This document shows positions 10,650 through 19,942 of a DNA stretch of 64,000 nucleotides, one piece after another (within the stretch, counting starts at the first letter, position 1; each line of letters begins with the position of its first letter). Under the pieces are notes generated by a model. That model did not search any database. It was not told where the DNA came from and saw only the letters and a list, made by a program, of their open reading frames with translations. The stretch covers positions 288,001-352,000 of the forward strand of contig CAWDTA010000005.1 in assembly GCA_963805085.1 (NCBI GenBank), written 5' to 3'. Position numbers and translations under genes: made by a program. This stretch comes from an uncultured Veillonellaceae bacterium. GTDB taxonomy: Bacteria > Bacillota > Negativicutes > JARBTT01.

Positions 10650-10768
10650 CAAACAAAACGGTAGGCTTAACAGCTTACCGTTTTTACTTTTTATAACCCC
10701 TATAAATTTTTCCGACGATATAGAACCTACTTTTAGTATCAAAAAATATACTTAGTTAAAGAAAAAGA

Positions 10769-10830
10769 TGCTGACTTGAAATCAATTGTACCGTAAGGTA
10801 CCGAGGATTCGAATCCCTCCCACTCTGCCA
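10769..10830 (+). pseudogene. degenerate 3' fragment of tRNA-Ser(TGA) (old att site)
   Basis: ctgacTTGAAatca anticodon arm, long variable arm gtaccgtaaggtac, T-arm gaggattcgaatccctc and ..gcca; the 5' half is absent. Confidence 0.75.
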
Positions 10831-11020
10831 TTAGTAAATTCAAGGCTTCGCGTGGTTTGACGTAGAGTCTTTTTTGTTGCGCACAAATAGCTCAAAATTG
10901 ACCGCATCCAATAAATGGATGTGATCAAAAGTGTGTTTATAATTATGAGATATTGCTTTATTTAAAATATATTTGCGAAATAGATTTTAGTGGAACAAGT
11001 GGAACACTTGGAACAGTCTT

Positions 11021-11212
11021 TTAACCAATCGTTAATTTAGATTTTTTCATTATATAGTCGGTTACTGCTTCACGAGGTATTTTCCAAACTCGGTTGTGAC
11101 GAAAACATTTTATTTCGCCGGATGATAATAATTTGTATGCTGAATTTTTGCCAATGGCTAACATGTCGCATAAATCTTCAACACTCACTAAATCGTTATA
11201 TTGCTCAAACAT
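11021..11212 (-). CDS. excisionase-like HTH_17 DNA-binding protein
   Basis: LVSVEDLCDMLAIGKNSAYKLLSSGEI...WKIPREAV pattern; GGAGG RBS. Confidence 0.8.
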   Translation of the reverse strand: MFEQYNDLVSVEDLCDMLAIGKNSAYKLLSSGEIKCFRHNRVWKIPREAVTDYIMKKSKLTIG

Positions 11213-11342
11213 GATTATATTACCTCCAATACAGTTTTTTTATATGATGTAAGACTTTAATTAAGAGTTAATACTGTAGTTAAATTAAAGATAAAATAAG
11301 TGTTTTAAAATCAGAATTAATCTAAGGAAGGCGTAAATAAAC

Positions 11343-11522
11343 TTAACCATTCAAGTTAGCGCTGGTATAATCTTTAATGGATTGAGCAGATATTTTCCAT
11401 GCCTTACCTGTTTTAAATGCTTTGAATTCACCAGTATTAATTAGCTTATAAATTGTTTGACTACTACAGCCTAATATACTACCTGCATCGGATACATGCA
11501 TTAAAATTAGTTGATTATACAT
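11343..11522 (-). CDS. second excisionase-like HTH_17 protein (59 aa, below ORF-track cutoff)
   Basis: Manual translation: MYNQLILMHVSDAGSILGCSSQTIYKLINTGEFKAFKTGKAWKISAQSIKDYTSANLNG. Confidence 0.65.
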   Translation of the reverse strand: MYNQLILMHVSDAGSILGCSSQTIYKLINTGEFKAFKTGKAWKISAQSIKDYTSANLNG

Positions 11523-11760
11523 GAGTAATTATCTTCTAATATATTTATTTACTTTTATGTTAAATTAAAATTGAACCTTAATTATTCACATAAAACAGGC
11601 AAAAGAAGAAATAATAAAATAATGTCTAAAAATAGAAGAATGGATAGATGAAATTATAATTATTTTGTTCTTTAATAAGCTTTAAAATACGAAAAATGCA
11701 AAGCTGCTTGACAAAAGTATATTTTTATGTAAAAATATAATACATAAATAAGAATGTGGG

Positions 11761-12525
11761 GTGATTGTATTGGACAAAACCAAAAATATGAAACTTATTA
11801 TACAGGAAGATTTTCTTAGAAAAGTAGTTTATGCTGTTGAGAAAGCTATCAGAGATGATATTCCTCATTATTTGAGAGAGAATCATTATGAAACTAATAA
11901 TGCCCTTCCACACCTTAGAGGAGACTATATCAATGAAAATTTGAGAAGGCATGTTGTTGGTAATGGTATAGAATTAGTTCCTTTTAAGAGATATAGTTGG
12001 GCTGGAAGAATTATCATAGATCGTGTGAATCATTTGACATATACAATCACTACCTTTAATACATTGGTAAATATACCTAAAAAGAAAGGTCGAATAAAAC
12101 CGCACTTTTTACAATCGATTCTTTATGCTGAAAATGCTAGTTGTGAAGCTAAAATTAAGCAAACAAAATTTGATTTTGGGATAACTCAGTTTGAGTCAGA
12201 TGAATTAGAACAAGATTATGCTAATATTAGCCAAGGTTTGATTAACATAAATGAAAATTATCGTCATTATGTAATTGCTTATCAATCAGAAGGCAATGAA
12301 ATTAATGAAATAATCTTACGGTTATTGGATAAAGATTTTGATACTGTTGATGAAGCTTCTTTAATGGAATATATCAAACCAGACTTCGCAAGGCTTACTG
12401 ATATGGAATTTGTTGAAGAAGAAGTAGAAATGAGTAAAGAACCCGATAGTGAAAATTTGGTTAATATTAAAGCTGAGGTTTTTGTGCCGAATTTGCGAAA
12501 AATAGACAAGCCGGCCGATGAATAA
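11761..12525 (+). CDS. uncharacterised protein (DUF5986-like), putative toxin/partner of the XRE-ImmA protein
   Basis: 254-aa ORF ending 18 bp upstream of the HTH-Zn peptidase gene. Family name is from recall. Confidence 0.55.
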   Translation: MIVLDKTKNMKLIIQEDFLRKVVYAVEKAIRDDIPHYLRENHYETNNALPHLRGDYINENLRRHVVGNGIELVPFKRYSWAGRIIIDRVNHLTYTITTFNTLVNIPKKKGRIKPHFLQSILYAENASCEAKIKQTKFDFGITQFESDELEQDYANISQGLININENYRHYVIAYQSEGNEINEIILRLLDKDFDTVDEASLMEYIKPDFARLTDMEFVEEEVEMSKEPDSENLVNIKAEVFVPNLRKIDKPADE

Positions 12526-12543
12526 AGGTCAGGAGAGAGAAAC

Positions 12544-13749
12544 ATGATTAAGAATTTTCAAGGTAGCCGTTTAAAGAATGCCAGAACTTTTAGAGCATTG
12601 ACATTAACCGAATTAGCTGAGAAAACGGATATAAGTAAACAATCAATATCACTTTATGAAAATAATAGAAATACACCAGATCATGAACGGGTTCGATTAA
12701 TGGCAGCCGCATTGGATTTTCCATATAATTTTTTCTTCCAAGAAGATAATTATATGACAAAAACGGAGACAACATATTTTCGTTCTTTAGCAAGTGCAAC
12801 GAAAAAAAATAGAACAGCACAAAGTTTGAAACTGGAATATGTTGCTAAAATATATGAGATATTATTAGAGTATGTTGATTTTCCCATACTTAATATTCCT
12901 GAAATAGATTTTATTGGTAATGATAATGTGTTTGAATGTGATAGCGATAAATCAATAAAGGAATTTGAAGATATTGCAGATAATGTTCGAAAACATTGGG
13001 GAATTGCTAATGAACCAATTAAAAACTTGCAATATCTTTTAGAAAAAAACGGTGTTGTCATTACAGGATTTGATACGGAAGAAGATAAAATTGATGCATT
13101 TAGTCAACGTACTATTGTTGATAATCATCCCATTTTTTTTATTGCAGTAGCTTTAGGTACCCGTCCAGAAGGTCGTATTAGATTTGATATGGCCCATGAA
13201 CTAGGACATATTCTTTTACATCCGTGGAGTGAAGATTTAGAGTCCATAACAAAAGATGAATTTAAAATGAGAGAACGTCAGGCTAATATGTTTGCCAGTG
13301 CATTTCTTCTTCCTAAAAGTAGTTTTGGAAAAGATGTACAAACATATCCAACTGATTTGAATTTTTATCAATTCTTGAAAAAAAAATGGAAGGTATCTAT
13401 CCAAGCAATGATTTATCGGACGCATCAACTGAAAATTATTACTGATAATCAATACCAGTATTTAATGCGACAGATTTCAAAAAATGGCTGGAGGACGAAG
13501 GAACCGGGTGATACTCCAATTAAATTGAATGAAAGTATTTTTCAAGGTGCAATTGATTTGTTGCTAAATAAACGAATATTAACGGCTCGAAGTCTTATTC
13601 GTAAATTTGAGCAATATGGTGTTGCTTTATATCCTCATGAGATCGAAAAATTACTTCATTTGCGTAAAGGGACTTTAAAGATGGAAGATGTAGTAACTCC
13701 GATAATACAGCTACGAAAAACAAGAGAATCCATTGATACAGATAAATAA
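12544..13749 (+). CDS. XRE-HTH + ImmA/IrrE-family Zn metallopeptidase fusion
   Basis: N-terminal LTLTELAEKTDISKQSISLYE HTH; RFDMAHELGH (HExxH); ERQANMFASAFLLP. Confidence 0.9.
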   Translation: MIKNFQGSRLKNARTFRALTLTELAEKTDISKQSISLYENNRNTPDHERVRLMAAALDFPYNFFFQEDNYMTKTETTYFRSLASATKKNRTAQSLKLEYVAKIYEILLEYVDFPILNIPEIDFIGNDNVFECDSDKSIKEFEDIADNVRKHWGIANEPIKNLQYLLEKNGVVITGFDTEEDKIDAFSQRTIVDNHPIFFIAVALGTRPEGRIRFDMAHELGHILLHPWSEDLESITKDEFKMRERQANMFASAFLLPKSSFGKDVQTYPTDLNFYQFLKKKWKVSIQAMIYRTHQLKIITDNQYQYLMRQISKNGWRTKEPGDTPIKLNESIFQGAIDLLLNKRILTARSLIRKFEQYGVALYPHEIEKLLHLRKGTLKMEDVVTPIIQLRKTRESIDTDK

Positions 13750-13934
13750 TGTTCATAATTTGATAGGCTAATAAATTATAGTTATATATTATAACTATGA
13801 ATGCGCTTGCAGATCTTATGAATATATCATAAAACCCTTGCAAAGGATCATAGTAACATAGTAAAGCGCCAGTTGGTTCATCCAACTGGCTTATTTTTAT
13901 GCCTAAAATTAAAAATGAAAAGGGGAATTTTATC

Positions 13935-15050
13935 ATGAAACAAGGTAGAAGCATTATGGAATTAGCAAAGGAACTAGAACGCCAACGTATGGCAAGAAAA
14001 GATTTTATCGCAGATACCCGCAATCTTGAAGTATACACAAAAGATGGTATGACTCAATTAGCACTAGGTATTAATGATACTACAGAAACTTTTATTCTCA
14101 ATGAATTAGCCCATAACCAAATTGCAGCTAGGCTTCAGATCCCACAACGGTATTACAGTAAAATGCGTGAAGAATATCCAAGCCTTTTAGACGATAATAT
14201 CAACAGTTGGTTTGGCAAGAATGGTGAACGCAGAATGCTTCGTGTGCTTGATGGTAATATTAGAGCATTTCTATCTGACCGCTACCGTAGATTAGATAAT
14301 TTAGAACTTGCCGATGCGGTATTACCAATCATCAAAGAGATGAAAGGTGCAGAGATTGTATCAAGCCAAGTTACAGATACCCATATGTTTATCAAGGTAA
14401 TTAATAAACGTCTAAAAGCAGAGGTCGCAACAGGTGATGTAGTACAAGCTGGTATTGTAATTAGTAATAGTGAAGTTGGTTTAGGAAGTCTTAAAGTAGA
14501 ACCACTCATTTATCGTTTGGTTTGTAAAAATGGTCTTATTGTAAAAGACTATGCACAAAAGCGCTACCATGTAGGTAAGCAAGTTGAAAATGATGATTCT
14601 GCTTATGAAATCTACTCTGATGAAACACTCCAAGCCGATGATAAAGCCTTCTTTATGAAAGTACAAGATACCGTAAGAACTGCCGTGGATGAAGCTAAGT
14701 TTCAATTATCCATAGAAAAGTTGAAAAATAGTAAATATGAAACAACAGGCAATGATCCAGTAAAAACCGTAGAAGTTTTAGCAGATAAATACGTACTTAA
14801 CCAAAATGAAAGAGGCAGTGTTTTGCGCCACTTCATCATGGCAGGAGATAACAGCAAATACGGCTTAATTAATGCCGTAACTAGAGCAAGTCAAGATATA
14901 GAGGACTATGGTAGAGCAACGGAATTAGAACGCTTAGGCGGTGAGTTGCTTGCAGTACCGCCAATCAATAAAAACTTACTAACACATACACCTGTAGAAG
15001 GAATAAACCACATGAAAAACATTACAAATGTCGTTGCACTGGCAAGATAA
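13935..15050 (+). CDS. DUF932/DUF945-like mobile-element protein
   Basis: RAFLSDRYRRLDN, NSEVG.GSL, RLVCKNG and YGLINAVT motifs; ATG 13935 after AGGGG. Confidence 0.7.
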   Translation: MKQGRSIMELAKELERQRMARKDFIADTRNLEVYTKDGMTQLALGINDTTETFILNELAHNQIAARLQIPQRYYSKMREEYPSLLDDNINSWFGKNGERRMLRVLDGNIRAFLSDRYRRLDNLELADAVLPIIKEMKGAEIVSSQVTDTHMFIKVINKRLKAEVATGDVVQAGIVISNSEVGLGSLKVEPLIYRLVCKNGLIVKDYAQKRYHVGKQVENDDSAYEIYSDETLQADDKAFFMKVQDTVRTAVDEAKFQLSIEKLKNSKYETTGNDPVKTVEVLADKYVLNQNERGSVLRHFIMAGDNSKYGLINAVTRASQDIEDYGRATELERLGGELLAVPPINKNLLTHTPVEGINHMKNITNVVALAR

Positions 15051-15130
15051 TCACAATAAAACGTAGATAATAACAAAGAGTTGTGGAAAAGTAACACCAA
15101 TTAAAAAAGATCACTAAGGAGAAATGTAAA

Positions 15131-15460
15131 ATGATGATGAATGGATGCTTTTGTTACGAAGATATCAAAGCAGAACTCAAACAATGGAAAGATGTCTTTG
15201 CGATTACATTAAGAATGGAATCTAATATTGATATCAGCATGACGTTAAATTACACACAAATTAAAGTATTAGCAGAAGGACTATTATCTTTAGCTAGTCA
15301 AACGGATAGTAAAAATTTTATAAACGCAGAAGCAAAGCAGATAAATGGAGCAATACAAATCGAATTCACTCAATCTGAAAATGAAGCAGTTGAAGAATCC
15401 TGCCAGAAAAATATTTCAGCTGCCCTAGCGGTAGTAAAATCACTATCGAAGGCTGGTTAA
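15131..15460 (+). CDS. hypothetical protein
   Basis: 109-aa ORF with AAGGAG RBS, co-oriented with neighbours. Confidence 0.6.
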   Translation: MMMNGCFCYEDIKAELKQWKDVFAITLRMESNIDISMTLNYTQIKVLAEGLLSLASQTDSKNFINAEAKQINGAIQIEFTQSENEAVEESCQKNISAALAVVKSLSKAG

Positions 15461-15540
15461 AAATGAAATGAATACAAAGACAAAGACAAAGCCCGACTGG
15501 AAAAGACCAGTCGGGCTTCTATTGTTATAGGAGGAAAAAT

Positions 15541-16128
15541 ATGCAAAAGATAGCGGCGAAATTAATAAATGTTATGCAAGAATGCAGCTATGTCTCAAAG
15601 AAAGGAATCAATGATTTTCACCATTATAAATATGCAACTTCCGCTGATGTCTTAGAAAAAATCAATACAGCACTAGTAAAACAAAAGGTTTGTTCTGTCG
15701 TATTGCCAGAGATACTTCAGCAAGCTGATGTAACAACCGCCAAAGGAAATATAGAACATTTTGCCACCGTTAAAATAAACATCCTGCTCCTAGATGCAGA
15801 AAGTGGTGAGTCCGTAACTATTTCTGGTATTGGCAGTGGGCAAGATAGCGGTGACAAAGCTGTGATGAAAGCGCAAACTGCCGCAATTAAATATGCCTAC
15901 TTGCTCAGTATGGCGATTAGTACAGGGGATGATCCTGAAGCAGATGTACGAACTGATGAACTGGGAGCGCATACAACTGACACCATAAAAACCTTTGAAT
16001 CAAATGAAAAACTTATATGCAGTGACTGTAGAGCCACGATTACTTCCGGGGTAATGAATGTATCTCGTAATAAATTTGGACGCCCTTTATGTATGAGATG
16101 CCAGAAAAAGTTTCAAGCAATCGCTTAA
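15541..16128 (+). CDS. ERF-family single-strand annealing protein with C-terminal Zn ribbon
   Basis: KKGINDFHHYKYAT, GSGQDSGDKAVMKAQTAAIKY and DDPE motifs; CSDC...CMRC. Confidence 0.85.
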   Translation: MQKIAAKLINVMQECSYVSKKGINDFHHYKYATSADVLEKINTALVKQKVCSVVLPEILQQADVTTAKGNIEHFATVKINILLLDAESGESVTISGIGSGQDSGDKAVMKAQTAAIKYAYLLSMAISTGDDPEADVRTDELGAHTTDTIKTFESNEKLICSDCRATITSGVMNVSRNKFGRPLCMRCQKKFQAIA

Positions 16129-16254
16129 TATTTAATGAAAAAAGCTAGAAAAAGCTTCAGCAAAAGGAGCAGATTCATTATCTATGAACGTAATAGCATT
16201 ATCTAGGAATCTAGCGATAGCCATGTTTATGAGATAATTTTCTAGAGGGCTTTA

Positions 16255-16584
16255 ATGGTGGAGGTGAGGACAATCTTTGAATTTAGATACAAACAAATCG
16301 GTAGAAAAATTGCATATTACAGAAAACTACGCAATTTTACCCAAGACGAATTAGCACAAAAAATTAATATCAGCAAAAGCTCTTTAGGAAAAATCGAATG
16401 TGGTCATTACAACCATAGTATTTCTTTGTCCATCTTAATGGCAATTGCAGATGGGCTTAAAATTGATTTGGATTTATTACTGAAAGTAGATAAAAGAGAA
16501 GAAAGCATGGAATTGGAATGGGAGCACCACAAAATAAAACCAAGTAAAGCTGAAGAAAAGAAGGTGCAAATTTGCCGAAAATAG
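16255..16584 (+). CDS. XRE-family transcriptional regulator
   Basis: IGRKIAYYRKLRNFTQDELAQKINISKSSLGKIE HTH. Confidence 0.85.
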   Translation: MVEVRTIFEFRYKQIGRKIAYYRKLRNFTQDELAQKINISKSSLGKIECGHYNHSISLSILMAIADGLKIDLDLLLKVDKREESMELEWEHHKIKPSKAEEKKVQICRK

Positions 16585-18197
16585 CATCTGCGACCTCTAT
16601 CGGGTTATTAAATCAGGTTGGGTTTAATAAGAAAAAACAAGACAAGTTCATGCAAAACGTTGCAAGCGGTATGAAAATTAATGGAGCGTCGGATGATGCT
16701 TCTGGTTATCAGATCTCAGAACGTATGCGTGCGCAATTACGTAGTCTAAAACAAGCGAAGCAAAATACACAAAATGGAAGTTCCTTATTGAATGTAGCCG
16801 CAGGTGGCATTCAAACGATAGTAGAGAACTTAAAAACAATGAAAGAACTGGCTTTGCGATCAGCCAATGGTATCTATAACGACAATGATCGATTGGCTAT
16901 GGAAGAAGAATTTAAAAGCTGCCAAGATGCAATTGATAGCAGTGCGGATACGACAACCTATAATTCAAAAATTTTGCTCGATGGAACATATCGAAATCAA
17001 GATTTGCGATCCGTTGATAGTGTTGATGAACCCCAGAGTATCAAGGGGAGTATAAGCGCAGCAGATGCTGGTGAATATACCATTTCACAAGAGGGTATTT
17101 ATCAAGTAGATGCTGGTTTTACTGGAACTATAAAAATTGATGCCACAAATGTTCAACTAATAGAAACTGGCTCTAACATGACCAATGTAAATATAGAATG
17201 CGAAAGAGAAGGCATGAATTTATCACTCAGCAATGTTTTTATTACCAATGACAGCAGTTATAAAAACAGCATTTTGAAGTTTACTGGTATCGGTAATTCC
17301 TTAACTCTTTCAGGAACCTGTGGCTTTCAATATAATGCCTTAAGTAGTAATGCAGTACTGAATATTGGACAGGAACTTGAAATCACCAATCATGATAGTT
17401 TAACCGTAAACAATTCGGGACTTGGTTTTGGTGCGGCTATTGGAACAAACAGCAATGAGACAGCAAAACGTCTTACCATTGCAGGTGGTACCTTGAATGT
17501 AGGATCTTATTCAAGTGGAGCTGCAATTGGAGCAGGCAGTGGTGGGGGAATTGATACAATCAACTTAATCAATGTGAAACTAGATCAAGTCGCTACCAAT
17601 GGAGCCAGCGCTGCCATTGGTTGTGGTGTCGGTACGTCAAAAGTCGGTAATATTACCCTTAGTGGATGCAGTGGTAAAGTCAATACGCTCGCGTTTCAAG
17701 GAGAGTTTGGACAAAATGAAGCTGGTACAGGCTCTGTAGGAAGAACATTAGTTTTTGATAGTTCCATCCTCTTTAACAGTAAATTGCTGGACAATACAAA
17801 CTTGCAGCCATTGCAGCTTCAAACTGGAGTACGTGCAGATGGAAAAATGAATATATACCTAAATAAATTAGATTGTGATTCCTTAGGTATTGATGTTTTA
17901 AGCGTAACGACCGAGCAAAAAGCTAAGATTGCCATGAAACGGCTGAATAGTTCATTGGATTATGCCTTGCATGAAAGTACGCGCATTGGTGCTTATATCA
18001 ATCGGTTAGACTACACCGAAGCCAATAATACGACTGAATATGAAAATGTAACCTGTGCTGAAAGTGCTATCCGTGATGCAGACATGGCAAAAGAAATGGT
18101 ATCTTATACCAAATATCAAGTTCTATGGCAGGCATCACAAGCAATGCTTGCACAAGCGAATCAACAAAGGAGCAATATATTAAACTTGCTTCAATAA
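16572..18197 (+). CDS. flagellin-family protein
   Basis: N-terminal SGMKINGASDDASG..ISERMRAQLRSL and C-terminal IGAYINRL...AESAIRDADMAKEM...AMLAQAN...LNLLQ. TTG start overlaps the XRE gene. Confidence 0.9.
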   Translation: MPKIASATSIGLLNQVGFNKKKQDKFMQNVASGMKINGASDDASGYQISERMRAQLRSLKQAKQNTQNGSSLLNVAAGGIQTIVENLKTMKELALRSANGIYNDNDRLAMEEEFKSCQDAIDSSADTTTYNSKILLDGTYRNQDLRSVDSVDEPQSIKGSISAADAGEYTISQEGIYQVDAGFTGTIKIDATNVQLIETGSNMTNVNIECEREGMNLSLSNVFITNDSSYKNSILKFTGIGNSLTLSGTCGFQYNALSSNAVLNIGQELEITNHDSLTVNNSGLGFGAAIGTNSNETAKRLTIAGGTLNVGSYSSGAAIGAGSGGGIDTINLINVKLDQVATNGASAAIGCGVGTSKVGNITLSGCSGKVNTLAFQGEFGQNEAGTGSVGRTLVFDSSILFNSKLLDNTNLQPLQLQTGVRADGKMNIYLNKLDCDSLGIDVLSVTTEQKAKIAMKRLNSSLDYALHESTRIGAYINRLDYTEANNTTEYENVTCAESAIRDADMAKEMVSYTKYQVLWQASQAMLAQANQQRSNILNLLQ

Positions 18198-18303
18198 AAT
18201 AGACACAAAAAGAGCCCTAAACATTTGAACTTTAAAAATCTGCTTGATACTTAAAAGCGTATGAGCAAAAAATAAATAGTTTATACAAGGAGATGTTTTT
18301 TAT

Positions 18304-18813
18304 ATGAACAATGTAAAATTTATGAGTGAAAACACAGATGTAACAGCACAGAAAGTAAATGCACCTAAAACCTATGAATTTATAAAACAAAAAAGAGCTT
18401 TAGGTATTGGAGGTTCTATTGGAACCAAAAGGACAGAAATTACAATTGAAGGAAATACCATGAATGTATTTAAATATACGAAATTTCCGCTTCTGCCTAA
18501 GTGTGGAAAAGAAAATATGTCATTTAATATTTGTGATATTCAAAGTGTATCTATGAAGAAAGTAATTGATAAAGGTATGATGTGGATGCTGATTCTTTCT
18601 TTACTTGTAGTTCCGATAAGCGGAGGGACATCTCTTTTATTTACAGCGATTGCCCTCTTTGGTCTGCGTGACAAAGTAATTATGATTCATCTAAAAAACG
18701 GTACATTTAAAATCCAAGATGCTTATACATATACAGAAAAAATAGAAAACCTTGTCTCTGATTTGCAAATAATTAATCCTACGATTAAAAATGAAATTGT
18801 TTCAGCTAAGTGA
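18304..18813 (+). CDS. hypothetical membrane protein
   Basis: AAGGAG RBS and hydrophobic hairpin MMWMLILSLLVVPISGGTSLLFTAIALFG. Confidence 0.7.
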   Translation: MNNVKFMSENTDVTAQKVNAPKTYEFIKQKRALGIGGSIGTKRTEITIEGNTMNVFKYTKFPLLPKCGKENMSFNICDIQSVSMKKVIDKGMMWMLILSLLVVPISGGTSLLFTAIALFGLRDKVIMIHLKNGTFKIQDAYTYTEKIENLVSDLQIINPTIKNEIVSAK

Positions 18814-18914
18814 CAAAAAGAGCTGAATAATAGAATTTTGGCAGTTTAAATGATAATTTTAATTGTAGCTTGTGACGAGGATGTAATACATAAAAAAGTT
18901 TTGGAGGTTTTGAA

Positions 18915-19319
18915 ATGATGAAAGTAAAAAGCTTTGTTATTGGTTTATTATTAGCAGTAATGTCAATGGTTGTGGTGCCAATCAATATGATTCCCCAAGC
19001 ATATGCTGATATGTCTTTTGATAACGGACCAAGTGTGCTTAAAAGTACATGGCGGGTCAATTACCCAAATGATCCTAGTGCACAATGGTATGCAACCATA
19101 ACGGATGATGATTTTCTTGGAATGGGGAATTACACTATAGATGAAACTGCACTTCCAGGGCGCTTCCAATATAGGGTTACGTTGCATCTTGATAGCGATA
19201 CTAATGTGTATTATTGGGTTCGGATAAACGAAGGAATACATGGATATGGTATGGAAATAACGAAAGCTGATAAAAGTTGGCATCACGTGCTTGATGGATG
19301 GAGGGCTATAAACCAGTAA
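18915..19319 (+). CDS. hypothetical secreted protein
   Basis: GGAGG RBS and signal peptide ending AYA. Confidence 0.7.
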   Translation: MMKVKSFVIGLLLAVMSMVVVPINMIPQAYADMSFDNGPSVLKSTWRVNYPNDPSAQWYATITDDDFLGMGNYTIDETALPGRFQYRVTLHLDSDTNVYYWVRINEGIHGYGMEITKADKSWHHVLDGWRAINQ

Positions 19320-19415
19320 GCTAGATAGGCGTATGTATTGGGATGAATGATTTATGGGTTATTAATAATGATTTTATAAAATAACGGTAAGTTACATTAA
19401 AAAACGTTATTTTTC

Positions 19416-19535
19416 GTTATATCGTTTTAAAAACGATATAACATAATAATAAAAGAGATAAGAGTAGGGCGAAGCCCTACTCTTGTTTCGTTTTCGCTCG
19501 ATTCGCTTTCGCTTCATCGAGCGAAAACGAAACAA
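19416..19535. repeat. cluster of three inverted repeats (candidate oriT/origin)
   Basis: 13-bp IR at 19416-19442, 11-bp IR with gaa loop at 19460-19484, 20-bp IR at 19483-19535. Confidence 0.6.
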
Positions 19536-19942
19536 ATGGAACATAATTTATAAAAGGGAGATGGCTAGAATTTTGCAATATTTAATGAATGATTCATAGT
19601 ACTATTTGATGATAATCAGACGCAATGAATATGCTTTTTAATCAAGGGAAAGTCATATTTAAAAGTAGCTGAGTAGCAATCTTTAAAACAATAAAGTCGA
19701 ATAAAATTTATAGAATGTTTATGACACCAACTTTAATCGGTTGAAGTTTATTTTTATGCATAAGAAAATTTAATTGTTAATAATAGTATTACTTGTACCA
19801 GGATACCGGTTGGTAATACGGGCATGTCGGAAGATAAATTGATTATTTTTATATATTTTAGAGTTTACGTAGAATATTTTTAATAGAATAAAAACAACGG
19901 AACAAAAGGAACAAACGGAACAAGGTTTAATGTGAATTGATT

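Noticed and set aside
10769-10830. Functional tRNA-Ser
   Set aside because: The 5' acceptor strand and D-arm are missing and the stems carry mismatches.
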